Shown: positions 27,601 through 35,456 of the stretch, in pieces
How positions within the stretch are numbered: the stretch's first letter is position 1
Layout of the letters: the number at the start of each line of letters is the position of its first letter
Origin: a virus
Taxonomy: Duplodnaviria > Caudoviricetes
Virus record (IMG/VR): IMGVR_UViG_3300028396_000019
Location: 1-36,454 of that record
Length of the DNA stretch: 36,454 bases
Reading direction: 5' to 3' (one strand)
Notes under the pieces: model-generated
Database searches by the model: none
What the model saw: only the letters and a program-made list of their open reading frames with translations
What the model was told of the DNA's origin: nothing
Program-made: the position numbers and the translations under genes

Positions 27601-29579
27601 ACGTGTAGTTTAGGTGCTAATGTACCTACATCTGTATTAGTAGGTGTTGTTGTTCCTATACCAACTGAACCGAGTGTATATGCTACTGTACTAGCATCTC
27701 CTATTTCTACTTTGTCAGGATCAGTACCTTCATCCATTCTCATGATATTTCTACCGCCGGCAACTAACTGTAAATCATCTCCTCTGAATCTAAGGTATGT
27801 GTTTGAATCTCCTGCATGATATAGGTATTCTGGTATTTGTAAGTTACCGGTTAACGTGCCTCCGTCTATTGGTAGCACACCGTTATCAGAAATAGCAGTA
27901 TTTAACTCTGCTAGAGTAAACGATCCTAATGTTGTTGCTCTATTTGTAGAGGTTATATGCCCCGTTAAATCACCTATGCTTGCTACTGTTGCTGGTTTGG
28001 TGGTTTGTATATCTGGTGTTTTTAAGTAAACGCTGTTTGTTCCTATACCTGACCAGTTTAAAACTACTAAACTTATATATCCATCTGCTGGTGCTGTGTA
28101 TTCTCTTTCAAATGTTACCCAGGATGTAGTAATAGCACTGTTTTCATACCAACCAGAATCTCCTCTATCATCTTCCTGAACATAGGTACCGGTAGCATCG
28201 TTAGAAACATGAGTTTTACCGTCAGGAAGGTTTCCATCGTGTTGGTAAAGTCTAAGGTATAATCCATTTGATGCAGCTGCTGATCCTTTTACCATTATAG
28301 TAAATCTAACAGTTTCACCGTTTTCTATTCTTCGTGCTTGATAAACTGCACCTGTTGATGTATCTGAATCGCTTTGTAATTCTAAAGCATCTTCTGTTCT
28401 ATTCCATCTTACTGAGGTATCATCTGAATTATTATATCCGGGTACCCAGCCTCTAAGGTGTGCTAAAGTTTCGTTTAAAGTTGTATTTTGGGCAATAATT
28501 TCAGTTTCAGTATAGAACCCACTTAGGTCTTGATCACCAGTGTTTGTACCTGAAGATGTACCTGAAAAGTTGTCTGCTGTAAGATCTCCTACAATGTCTA
28601 CATCTCCATTTGGGTCTAAAGACATTATCGTTTGAGTTGTTCCTTCTGAATCATCCTTCCATTGAAATAGTCCTTGGTTAGCACCTGCTCTTACTCTAAA
28701 TCTATCAGCTGTGTCTGTAAAACTATTGGTGTCTACAAAGTCAAGGGATGGTACTGTACTTGAAATAGTTATCCCTGCTGAAAAAGTTCCTCCATTTGCA
28801 GCAGAAACATAGTCTGTAACGTTTGAATTTAAAATATCACTATCGTTACCTACGTAATAAATGTTATTACCTTTATATTGAAATGCATTATCTTGAGCTC
28901 TAAATACATCTGTCCAGGTAATAGATGTTCCACCTGCACCTGCAGTACTTGTAAATACGCGTATTCCTCTATGTAAGTCAACTCTTGTAGGTATATCGTT
29001 AAACACCCTATTGTGTGTGCCTGAGGTTGTTGTAAATTCAATATTATATCCAAATTGACCGTAATTACCGCCACTATACCCCATAGTAACAGCTCTTGGG
29101 TCTCCGCTATACTCTCCTGCGCTTAAATCCCAATGTACGTAAGACCCTACATTTAAATTACCAGATATATCAGCATTACCGTTTATATCTAGACTAGTTC
29201 CTTCTAATTCAGTACCTGTAATTTTACCTGTGCTTGTAATAGCACCTGCGTCAATTGTTCCTGAAAAAGTTGCATCTGGGTCTATATTAAATGTTGATCC
29301 TGAGATTATTACATCTGTATCACTGGATCCTAAAGTTATATCTACAGAAGAGCCGTCTTCACCTCGTATAGATCCATTTTGTTCAAAAACAATATCTACA
29401 TTGGCTGCACCATCTCCTATATAAACATCAGTAGTACCGTCCCCTATTAGTATATCACCAACAGCATTAGATAGTACTAGGTCATCTCCTGATTGTTCTA
29501 TTTTACCCGCTTCTGTTCCAGTTGAATTTTCAAATTGTATATCACCGTCTGAAGGGGTTATTATTACATCTTTTGCCAT
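24624..29579 (-). CDS. Long tail/virion fibre with C-terminal peptidase S74 intramolecular chaperone
   Basis: Eight G.VGIGT..P...LHV-type repeats; SDKRLK...GVIAQDVE.VLP.LV...VNY..L...LIEAVKE followed by a coiled coil. Confidence 0.9.
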   Translation of the reverse strand: MAKDVIITPSDGDIQFENSTGTEAGKIEQSGDDLVLSNAVGDILIGDGTTDVYIGDGAANVDIVFEQNGSIRGEDGSSVDITLGSSDTDVIISGSTFNIDPDATFSGTIDAGAITSTGKITGTELEGTSLDINGNADISGNLNVGSYVHWDLSAGEYSGDPRAVTMGYSGGNYGQFGYNIEFTTTSGTHNRVFNDIPTRVDLHRGIRVFTSTAGAGGTSITWTDVFRAQDNAFQYKGNNIYYVGNDSDILNSNVTDYVSAANGGTFSAGITISSTVPSLDFVDTNSFTDTADRFRVRAGANQGLFQWKDDSEGTTQTIMSLDPNGDVDIVGDLTADNFSGTSSGTNTGDQDLSGFYTETEIIAQNTTLNETLAHLRGWVPGYNNSDDTSVRWNRTEDALELQSDSDTSTGAVYQARRIENGETVRFTIMVKGSAAASNGLYLRLYQHDGNLPDGKTHVSNDATGTYVQEDDRGDSGWYENSAITTSWVTFEREYTAPADGYISLVVLNWSGIGTNSVYLKTPDIQTTKPATVASIGDLTGHITSTNRATTLGSFTLAELNTAISDNGVLPIDGGTLTGNLQIPEYLYHAGDSNTYLRFRGDDLQLVAGGRNIMRMDEGTDPDKVEIGDASTVAYTLGSVGIGTTTPTNTDVGTLAPKLHVQQSDTSGEFNLVARFQAGSDANDTGGAILINHSNDRGLLIEGGRGGAGTIPDDDAVSHLGLVQSNGTNTRVITLRQKSASNGSLYGVGIGTETPDVKLHLAHSDSNNGLLLQHTSQASGFQILQNIRQTEGLIWQKWTSGAYTANLMTLDYDGKLGIGTTDPQQKLHIEGNIYLGPNNTNNFVHSGANLGLQADGEVKIVSDVNDTADAGGSDIIFGYGSSTNTDSNQDFTEAELSTYPRVEIMRIDASTNSVGIGTTTANQKLHVVGNVEIEGSIYTNQYIYHNDDTNTYIRFLADETRLIAGGVDFIRLKEDGTQDYMVINEDGNDTDFRVEGDAETHLIFTQASNDRVGIGASNPQQRLHIDGGNIAIGLGDEVYGMIAPGTQTQGLSFIVGDGIDENDTPLMVLNGESSTVSMYASGSTVLDIQGSQGQLFSITDDLSGDLFSVSDISGVPIFNVNASGTSTFDGNVQLGDNNKVQLGDSQDLEIYHDGTDSLLVDNGTGALKIFANGNPRFQVGSDVHVLSGTDFAIAAGRKFYLDGQSDTYIIESSSNAIKFFTGGTEVLLLGNNDATFQGNTTVNGKVAIGIASATHQLHVHTNTDNAYAIRIEGSTNNGSGVWTGLGIGGEVNNTKSAVLFEDIGVSYSRGKLHLCVNNDANQNSATPADAKLTVKNDGYIGIGTTNPLYKLEVNAGNGIFVGDGGVPVLEANSSTGEFKLGDTDELGDGVYITNNSTAEFDIYSAGSLKFRMNSNGQVGIGTSTVSYRLHVDNDALNTNSAALYVRNPNSSTSAVIAEFKGDSDSIQIKNIGAGDYAIYNTQQSNGIALYDGTGGVEIKYNGATTLESDSTGGIKVTGTLSATGDVIAYSSDKRLKDNIKPIENAVDKIKQLKGVTFDWNEKSEKLGFEPTTKINDVGVIAQDVEAVLPQLVQLAPFDIGSDEDGNATSKSGEEYKTVNYARLTAVLIEAVKEQQKQIDELKDLVMNLKDNK
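26211..26342 (-). repeat. Module shared with the fibre gene at 35805-35936
   Basis: 38/44 aa identical; 23-nt exact match 26314-26336 / 35908-35930. Confidence 0.9.
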
Positions 29580-29595
29580 ATGTTTTTAACTTTAT

Positions 29596-29603
29596 TATAA
29601 ATA
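29596..29603 (-). promoter_or_regulatory. TATTTATA motif upstream of the S74 fibre
   Basis: Exact copy 16 nt before ATG, directly after the upstream stop codon. Confidence 0.6.
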
Positions 29604-32132
29604 TTACAATCTACCACTAATTCGTTTCTTTTGTTGCGTAAATGAATTTCGTACTTTTATTTTTTTACCAGTAGGTGAATGGGTACTACCTTTGGGTGCT
29701 TTATCAAATAGTACATCAACCGTTTCAAATTTAAATCTTTCTTGATGGGCATTGCTATCTAAGGTTATACCGTAAACCAGCATATATGAATAATTTTGAG
29801 CTGTGATTGTCAAGTGTGCTTCTTCTGTTGCTCCTCTCATAGCTGAAGTAAACTGTACTCTATCTGAAAATCCAAGGTGTGGTGAATTTATAACTTCCGA
29901 ATCTGAGCTTGCCTTAAAATCTGTTTGACCAGTATATGCTGTTTGATAGCGTCCTCCGTTATATCCATTCATTAATTTCCTACCGAACAGATGTGGGAAA
30001 TTATAACTACTGTTATTCTCTCCTTCCATACGACATTTCAGACGTACAGTTGTTCCTGCTGGTATATACATGCTGTCTATGAATGCAGGATCGTCTGTAG
30101 TCCCTAAGCCGTATAAATGTTTTGTACCTGCTAATGAATCTGTAAGCACCATTCCGTCTTGATGTGATACCATCATTTTACCTATTTCGAATTGTAGATC
30201 ATACCAAGTTGATTTTTGATTGTGTCCTGCATTTCTTTGGTAATGGTTTCTGGAGGAACCACCTGATGAACACCAGAATGATGTAGAACTTACTACACCG
30301 TTGGTTTCTCCATCTAGGGACTTATACCATTTATTTCCTACATACGAATCTGTAAAGATTACTGATGATCCTCTATCTCCGATATAAGGATGCTGTCTAA
30401 AGCCGTCCATATATATTCGATTAAATTCGTTATTATTCTGCCCCCAGTATATATACATTGGTCTCTGCTCATGGTGGAGTAGTATAACATGACGTATAGG
30501 AATAGGTTCAGCATGATGATGGCACATAAATCCATAATCATCAGATCTTGTTCCGTACAGGTACGCATATTCACTATAAGGTTCGTATATAGCATCCGGT
30601 TGAAATGAAGAGTATGAATTTCTGGTAGTATAGTTGTTATAGAACTTTACATTGTGGTTAGACGACCACAACCAATATCCTTGCTGTCCGGTATCGTAAC
30701 ATATGTTGTTTCTTACTGCTATACCGTGAGAATGTCTAAGACTTAAGCCCATGTAACTAGTGTCATAATTCATACTATGCCAGGTACATCCTTCTATTCT
30801 AGATTGAAATTTATATCTTTCATCAGATGATTCATCTTCTCTATACTCACTATTATACCCAGCGATCATAGTACCTCTATAGTACGTACTTTTTGTATTA
30901 CCGCCCCATTGTGTAAATTCTACATTTTTTAGGTGTATATGTCTTGTGTGAGCATCATTAAAACTAGTCCAATACTGTACATATAAAAAACATCTAGTAT
31001 CAGAACTATTATCGACTCCTCTTATTTTAAACTTTCTAGTCAATACGGTTACTATTGATCCTACCTTTCTATCATGTTCTAAATTTGTATCTAAAGTAAG
31101 TGTATTACCGCTTTTGCTACTAACTGTATAGTGTGCTCTATAATCCCAATTTGTGTTTGTATCATTATTAACGTCTACAACTATAGTGTCTCCAACATTT
31201 ATGTCATTAGCCGAACCTACTGTTATTTGATTTGTTGTATTTGCTGTAACAGCTGTTGTTAAGGTAGTTGCCATTTTTAATACAGCTCTTCCTACTGGGT
31301 GTTTCTTTTCTATACCGGTCTGGTAAACAATTTCATCTGCTACATTACCGGTTACATTGCTATCTAAAGTTATCTTATTATTTCTATACCCTATATTTGT
31401 TATAGTCTTTACATTTCTGTTACTACCTGTTCCAAATATAATTTTATATCCTACCCTAAACACTTTAGCATTGTCTACCTTAATTTGGTTACCACTAGCT
31501 TTTGTAATTATAGCAGTGGGAGAAACGTACTGTCTAATATACAACCTATTATTACTTGCGTCTACATCATGTACCCACATTCCTTCATCTCCAAGTACTC
31601 TATTATCTTGATTACCATCTAAATATATTGAAATCCAATCTCCTGCGGCAAATCCACCATCGTTCGCTACAGTAATGTACTCATCTCTTATATTAGCAAT
31701 ACTAGATATAGTTGAATTAGTTCTCCCTTCGTCTCCTACAAGTTTTAGAGATGCAAATCTTTCATTTTCTACCCATATTCCGTGTTGAGCGTCATTGTTT
31801 CCTCTAAATTCTAATTCTATATTGTTACCTGTTCCTGATAATAGACCACCACTAGTGCTTGAGCCTTCTGTAAACTGAGTACCTGTAGCATACGCTTCAT
31901 TGGACCCTTCAATGGTTATTCTTCCATTCATTCTAAATTTAGCATTTGTTGCGAAATGTAAATTACCGAATACTGTAATGTCACCATATCCGTTAGTAGG
32001 TCTGTTATCTGAATTAACAGTGACTTTGTGTCCAGCTGTTATTGTGAAGGTATCTCCGTCTGCAGGAGTTGATCCTCCCCAAGTAGAGGAACTAGTCCAG
32101 TTACCGGATTGTGATGAAGTTAGTGCTGCCAT
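29604..32132 (-). CDS. G8-like / right-handed beta-helix protein (possible tailspike or depolymerase)
   Basis: SGNWTSSSTWGG.TP..GD..TI..GH.VT N-terminus; LKNVEF..WG and IAVRNNICY/VKFYNN beta-helix-like rungs. Confidence 0.65.
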   Translation of the reverse strand: MAALTSSQSGNWTSSSTWGGSTPADGDTFTITAGHKVTVNSDNRPTNGYGDITVFGNLHFATNAKFRMNGRITIEGSNEAYATGTQFTEGSSTSGGLLSGTGNNIELEFRGNNDAQHGIWVENERFASLKLVGDEGRTNSTISSIANIRDEYITVANDGGFAAGDWISIYLDGNQDNRVLGDEGMWVHDVDASNNRLYIRQYVSPTAIITKASGNQIKVDNAKVFRVGYKIIFGTGSNRNVKTITNIGYRNNKITLDSNVTGNVADEIVYQTGIEKKHPVGRAVLKMATTLTTAVTANTTNQITVGSANDINVGDTIVVDVNNDTNTNWDYRAHYTVSSKSGNTLTLDTNLEHDRKVGSIVTVLTRKFKIRGVDNSSDTRCFLYVQYWTSFNDAHTRHIHLKNVEFTQWGGNTKSTYYRGTMIAGYNSEYREDESSDERYKFQSRIEGCTWHSMNYDTSYMGLSLRHSHGIAVRNNICYDTGQQGYWLWSSNHNVKFYNNYTTRNSYSSFQPDAIYEPYSEYAYLYGTRSDDYGFMCHHHAEPIPIRHVILLHHEQRPMYIYWGQNNNEFNRIYMDGFRQHPYIGDRGSSVIFTDSYVGNKWYKSLDGETNGVVSSTSFWCSSGGSSRNHYQRNAGHNQKSTWYDLQFEIGKMMVSHQDGMVLTDSLAGTKHLYGLGTTDDPAFIDSMYIPAGTTVRLKCRMEGENNSSYNFPHLFGRKLMNGYNGGRYQTAYTGQTDFKASSDSEVINSPHLGFSDRVQFTSAMRGATEEAHLTITAQNYSYMLVYGITLDSNAHQERFKFETVDVLFDKAPKGSTHSPTGKKIKVRNSFTQQKKRISGRL

Positions 32133-32133
32133 G

Positions 32134-32322
32134 CTATATTAAATTTTCCGGTATATTATCTACCATATTATCTCTTTCATACTGTGTTGTATCTACAGCT
32201 ATTTCAAATGATAATTGATTTGATGAATCTACTACCTCATTTTTTGTTATCAATATAGATTTAATATCATTTATCAATTCTATATCCCCTGTCTCTTTAT
32301 TGTAAGTAACTTTTATTATCAT
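32134..32322 (-). CDS. Small hypothetical protein
   Basis: 62 aa; ATGA overlap with upstream stop and a 1-nt gap to the next start. Confidence 0.7.
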   Translation of the reverse strand: MIIKVTYNKETGDIELINDIKSILITKNEVVDSSNQLSFEIAVDTTQYERDNMVDNIPENLI

Positions 32323-35219
32323 TGTACAGTTATTAGCGGTTCTACATCCTTACGTGTTGCTTGGACATAATAAAAATAATGTTTTTCTTGCGGACCTCCA
32401 ACTATTATTGAGTTATTTTCATATGTTTTATAGTAATATATGTCTGGAGACCCTATGGATGTAAGTTGTACTGTTATAGTGTCTTTGTCAATCAATCCTT
32501 CCCATTCCTCAGGTAGTATCACCGTATCTTCTTTACTTTCTCCTCTTACATAAACAGCATGTTCAGGTCCCTCTAACACACCGTAGACAAGACGTTTACC
32601 TACCTGTGTTGGGTGTTCTATATCAAATGACTTTACAGTAGCGCTTAATGTTCCATCTATATTTACTGATCCAGTAAAGTCGTGGTTATCATCTGAGGTA
32701 TCACCGAATTTGGTAGAACCAGATTCATATATAATTGAAGCACTAACAAATTCAGTATGGAATTCTTGTGCTGTTAAAGTCCCTGCTACCACTACATCTC
32801 CTGCGAAAGAAGTATCTCCTTTAATGTATGCTGTAGCATCTCTAAAGTATGCCCATGTATTAGTCAACGGTGCTGTTGCTGAGTTAGCAATTGTTCCGGT
32901 TTCTATATCTGTAGTACCCATATAGGTACCAGTATCACCTGCAACTATAATACCATGTCCTCCAGTACCGTTTCCTGCTGCTTTTAAATAAGTGTAGTCA
33001 CTAACGGTGCTATTCCAGCCATTATATAGTATATCATGAGTCTGAACGCCTGTGTTCCACCCAGATACATACTTTTTTAATAAGGCAGCAGATGAATTAA
33101 CTTGGAAGTATCCGCTTACTTCTACATCTCCTGTTGTACTTATATTAGGTACATTTAGTGTATCTGTTGCTCCTGTCACTGTTAACCATGAACTACTATA
33201 AACATCTGCTCCATCATGCCACAATAGGCTGTAAGTTCCACCAAACCCGTCATTTGCTGAAACAGCCAAGTCTTGTGCTGCTCCGTAAATATTGTCTGCA
33301 TAGATATTTTTATACCTAAGAGTGTTAGTACCTAAATCAATATCGCTATCCGTTTGTGGATTTAGTGCTCCGTCTATAAGTTTTACCTGTGTTGCACCAT
33401 TAGCTCTAAACTTAATTTGGTTATCAGTTTCAAACCCTATGTAGTTATCATCATCTCTACCGATATGGTTAGAATTTACATTTATATCACCTGCAAAAGT
33501 TGTAGCATTAGTAGATGTACTAATAGATATTAAATCTGTACTATCGGAATTTTTTCTTATTACAAATTGACTAACGTTATTTGATGAAGTTGAGTCTGTT
33601 TGAAATTTTAACCACTCTCCTGATGCATCTCCTCTTTTAACGTTAATAAAAGACTCTTTTGCATTATTATTGCCACCAAGGATATTTAGGTTACCGGCAA
33701 AGTTATCAGTTGTGTTAAGTAAATACCCACTTAAATCATTGGACACCAAATAGGTACTTGTATCTACACTACCATCTGCTTTTAAAAACTCTGTGCTAGC
33801 TCCTCCAGATTTTACCAACGAAGTTGCTGTTAAATTCCCATTAACTACTGCTTCTCCGTCATGTATCTTAAACCCATCTATTACAGTACCATCTTTTCTG
33901 TACCTTATTCCTACTTCAAAATCAGTTAAATCAGTACCTGTTTCACTGGTCGCTTCCATGTAAAATTCACCACCAACTATATTAACATCAACATCATCGT
34001 CATAAGACTGTAACTGGATCTTAGCAGGTTCAACTCCAGTAGCAGGGTCATTTCTAGATCCTCTTACTACTAGTATTTGATCTTGTCCACTATTTCCACT
34101 ACTCTTAACAATTAAGCCTGGTTTTGTGCTTGTATTTATTGTGATAGGTCCATTAAAAGTTCCACCACTTGCTTTTGACACAAAGTCTGTTTGGTTCACT
34201 ACTGTGTCAGCAGCAGCACCCAATTCTGCTAAGGTAGGCTTGTGACCTTCGTGATAAACTTCGTGAGTACCTGATGGATCTTGATAATATAAGTCACCAA
34301 TTTGGTTTCCTATATAAACATTATCATCTGTACCGTATCTTATTAATCTTCTACTAGCTCCAGAACTGTCTTTAGCGTAATATGATTCATTATTATCTGC
34401 TCTAAATGTTACTCCAGTTACATCACCATCAAAAATTGCGTCACCTGATTGATTGATTGAAACTACTACGTTATTGGCGTCATACGTGGTTGTATTTGAT
34501 AATATTTGGAATTTATGAGAAGTATCATCACCATTGGCGTCTACATAAAATCTATGTCCTTGATTAGATATATAATTTATATAAGCAGCTGTATTATTTT
34601 GTAATTTATCTTTAACGTGTAGATTATCAAAATAACCATTCAAGTACCTGAGGTCATTAGTACCTATATTATGTGAGCTATCACTATCTGGTCTTATATC
34701 TCCGGTAAATATAAAATAATTATCTTCGTGTATAGTAAATCTGTTGCTTTCTGTTCCTGCTGCTAATGATTTTATTAAAAAAGACTGTTTGCCTGCAAAA
34801 TTTCTAGTCTCCATTAAAATTCCATGGGTTCCATCATCATGCAACATCTTTATTGAAGAATCTAATTGTCCTGCATCTCCGGAATTTCCACTGTCCCCTC
34901 GTAAAATAAGAGTTGCAGTTGATGCTGCTGTTACTGTTAAGCTATCACCTACGCTAGCTGTTCCTGTGGAGGAGAATGTACCCTCGATATCTACACTATC
35001 AGAGTCAACTCTAAAGACTCTATTCCCACCTGAATAAAGTGATAAGTTTTCACCATTAACACCATGTGTTCTAAAATAATGTTCGGTGCCAGTACCTTTT
35101 GTACTGTTAATAGTTAAAGCCCGTATAGATTCGTAATCTCCAATGAGTGTTAAAGATCCGGTTACTTCAGAAGAGGCAAGGGATTTATATCCCTTCCTTA
35201 TTATAAATTCATTTGCCAT
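32319..35219 (-). CDS. Tail/virion fibre protein
   Basis: G/T/S/D/N-rich; fibre modules (GGTFNG.ITI, FLKADGS.D, P.TDS..DLG...LRY); C-terminal KSFDIEHP...LEGPE..VYVRG domain. Confidence 0.82.
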   Translation of the reverse strand: MANEFIIRKGYKSLASSEVTGSLTLIGDYESIRALTINSTKGTGTEHYFRTHGVNGENLSLYSGGNRVFRVDSDSVDIEGTFSSTGTASVGDSLTVTAASTATLILRGDSGNSGDAGQLDSSIKMLHDDGTHGILMETRNFAGKQSFLIKSLAAGTESNRFTIHEDNYFIFTGDIRPDSDSSHNIGTNDLRYLNGYFDNLHVKDKLQNNTAAYINYISNQGHRFYVDANGDDTSHKFQILSNTTTYDANNVVVSINQSGDAIFDGDVTGVTFRADNNESYYAKDSSGASRRLIRYGTDDNVYIGNQIGDLYYQDPSGTHEVYHEGHKPTLAELGAAADTVVNQTDFVSKASGGTFNGPITINTSTKPGLIVKSSGNSGQDQILVVRGSRNDPATGVEPAKIQLQSYDDDVDVNIVGGEFYMEATSETGTDLTDFEVGIRYRKDGTVIDGFKIHDGEAVVNGNLTATSLVKSGGASTEFLKADGSVDTSTYLVSNDLSGYLLNTTDNFAGNLNILGGNNNAKESFINVKRGDASGEWLKFQTDSTSSNNVSQFVIRKNSDSTDLISISTSTNATTFAGDINVNSNHIGRDDDNYIGFETDNQIKFRANGATQVKLIDGALNPQTDSDIDLGTNTLRYKNIYADNIYGAAQDLAVSANDGFGGTYSLLWHDGADVYSSSWLTVTGATDTLNVPNISTTGDVEVSGYFQVNSSAALLKKYVSGWNTGVQTHDILYNGWNSTVSDYTYLKAAGNGTGGHGIIVAGDTGTYMGTTDIETGTIANSATAPLTNTWAYFRDATAYIKGDTSFAGDVVVAGTLTAQEFHTEFVSASIIYESGSTKFGDTSDDNHDFTGSVNIDGTLSATVKSFDIEHPTQVGKRLVYGVLEGPEHAVYVRGESKEDTVILPEEWEGLIDKDTITVQLTSIGSPDIYYYKTYENNSIIVGGPQEKHYFYYVQATRKDVEPLITVQ

Positions 35220-35257
35220 ATTGCTGTTCTTTTTTCACTGTCCAAAAGACGCTCTTT

Positions 35258-35265
35258 AATAAATA
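35258..35265 (-). promoter_or_regulatory. TATTTATT variant motif upstream of fibre gene
   Basis: One mismatch to TATTTATA, 38 nt before ATG. Confidence 0.45.
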
Positions 35266-35280
35266 GTGTTTTTATCTATA

Positions 35281-35454
35281 TTACGTTTTTACTACTTTAA
35301 ATTCTCTGCTAGTATCTTGTTCTTTTAACTCTACTATTCTTGCTGTTGCTGCTTTTTTAGTAGAAAACTGTTCTACATTATCTTCTGTAGTAAGTTTTTC
35401 AACCCAAACAGTACTAGAATTTAGGTTAAATTGTTTCAATATCTTCCAAGCCAT
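35281..35454 (-). CDS. 57-aa hypothetical protein missing from the ORF track
   Basis: MAWKILKQFNLNSSTVWVEKLTTEDNVEQFSTKKAATARIVELKEQDTSREFKVVKT*; starts 2 nt after the upstream stop and fills the gap. Confidence 0.8.
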   Translation of the reverse strand: MAWKILKQFNLNSSTVWVEKLTTEDNVEQFSTKKAATARIVELKEQDTSREFKVVKT

Positions 35455-35456
35455 AA

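Noticed and set aside
6521-30595. Alternate-frame minus ORFs at 6521-6715, 20380-20592, 28850-29074 and 30359-30595
   Set aside because: Short, fully nested, Leu/Ile/Gln-rich by-products of host-gene codon bias; no start signals or slip sites noticed.
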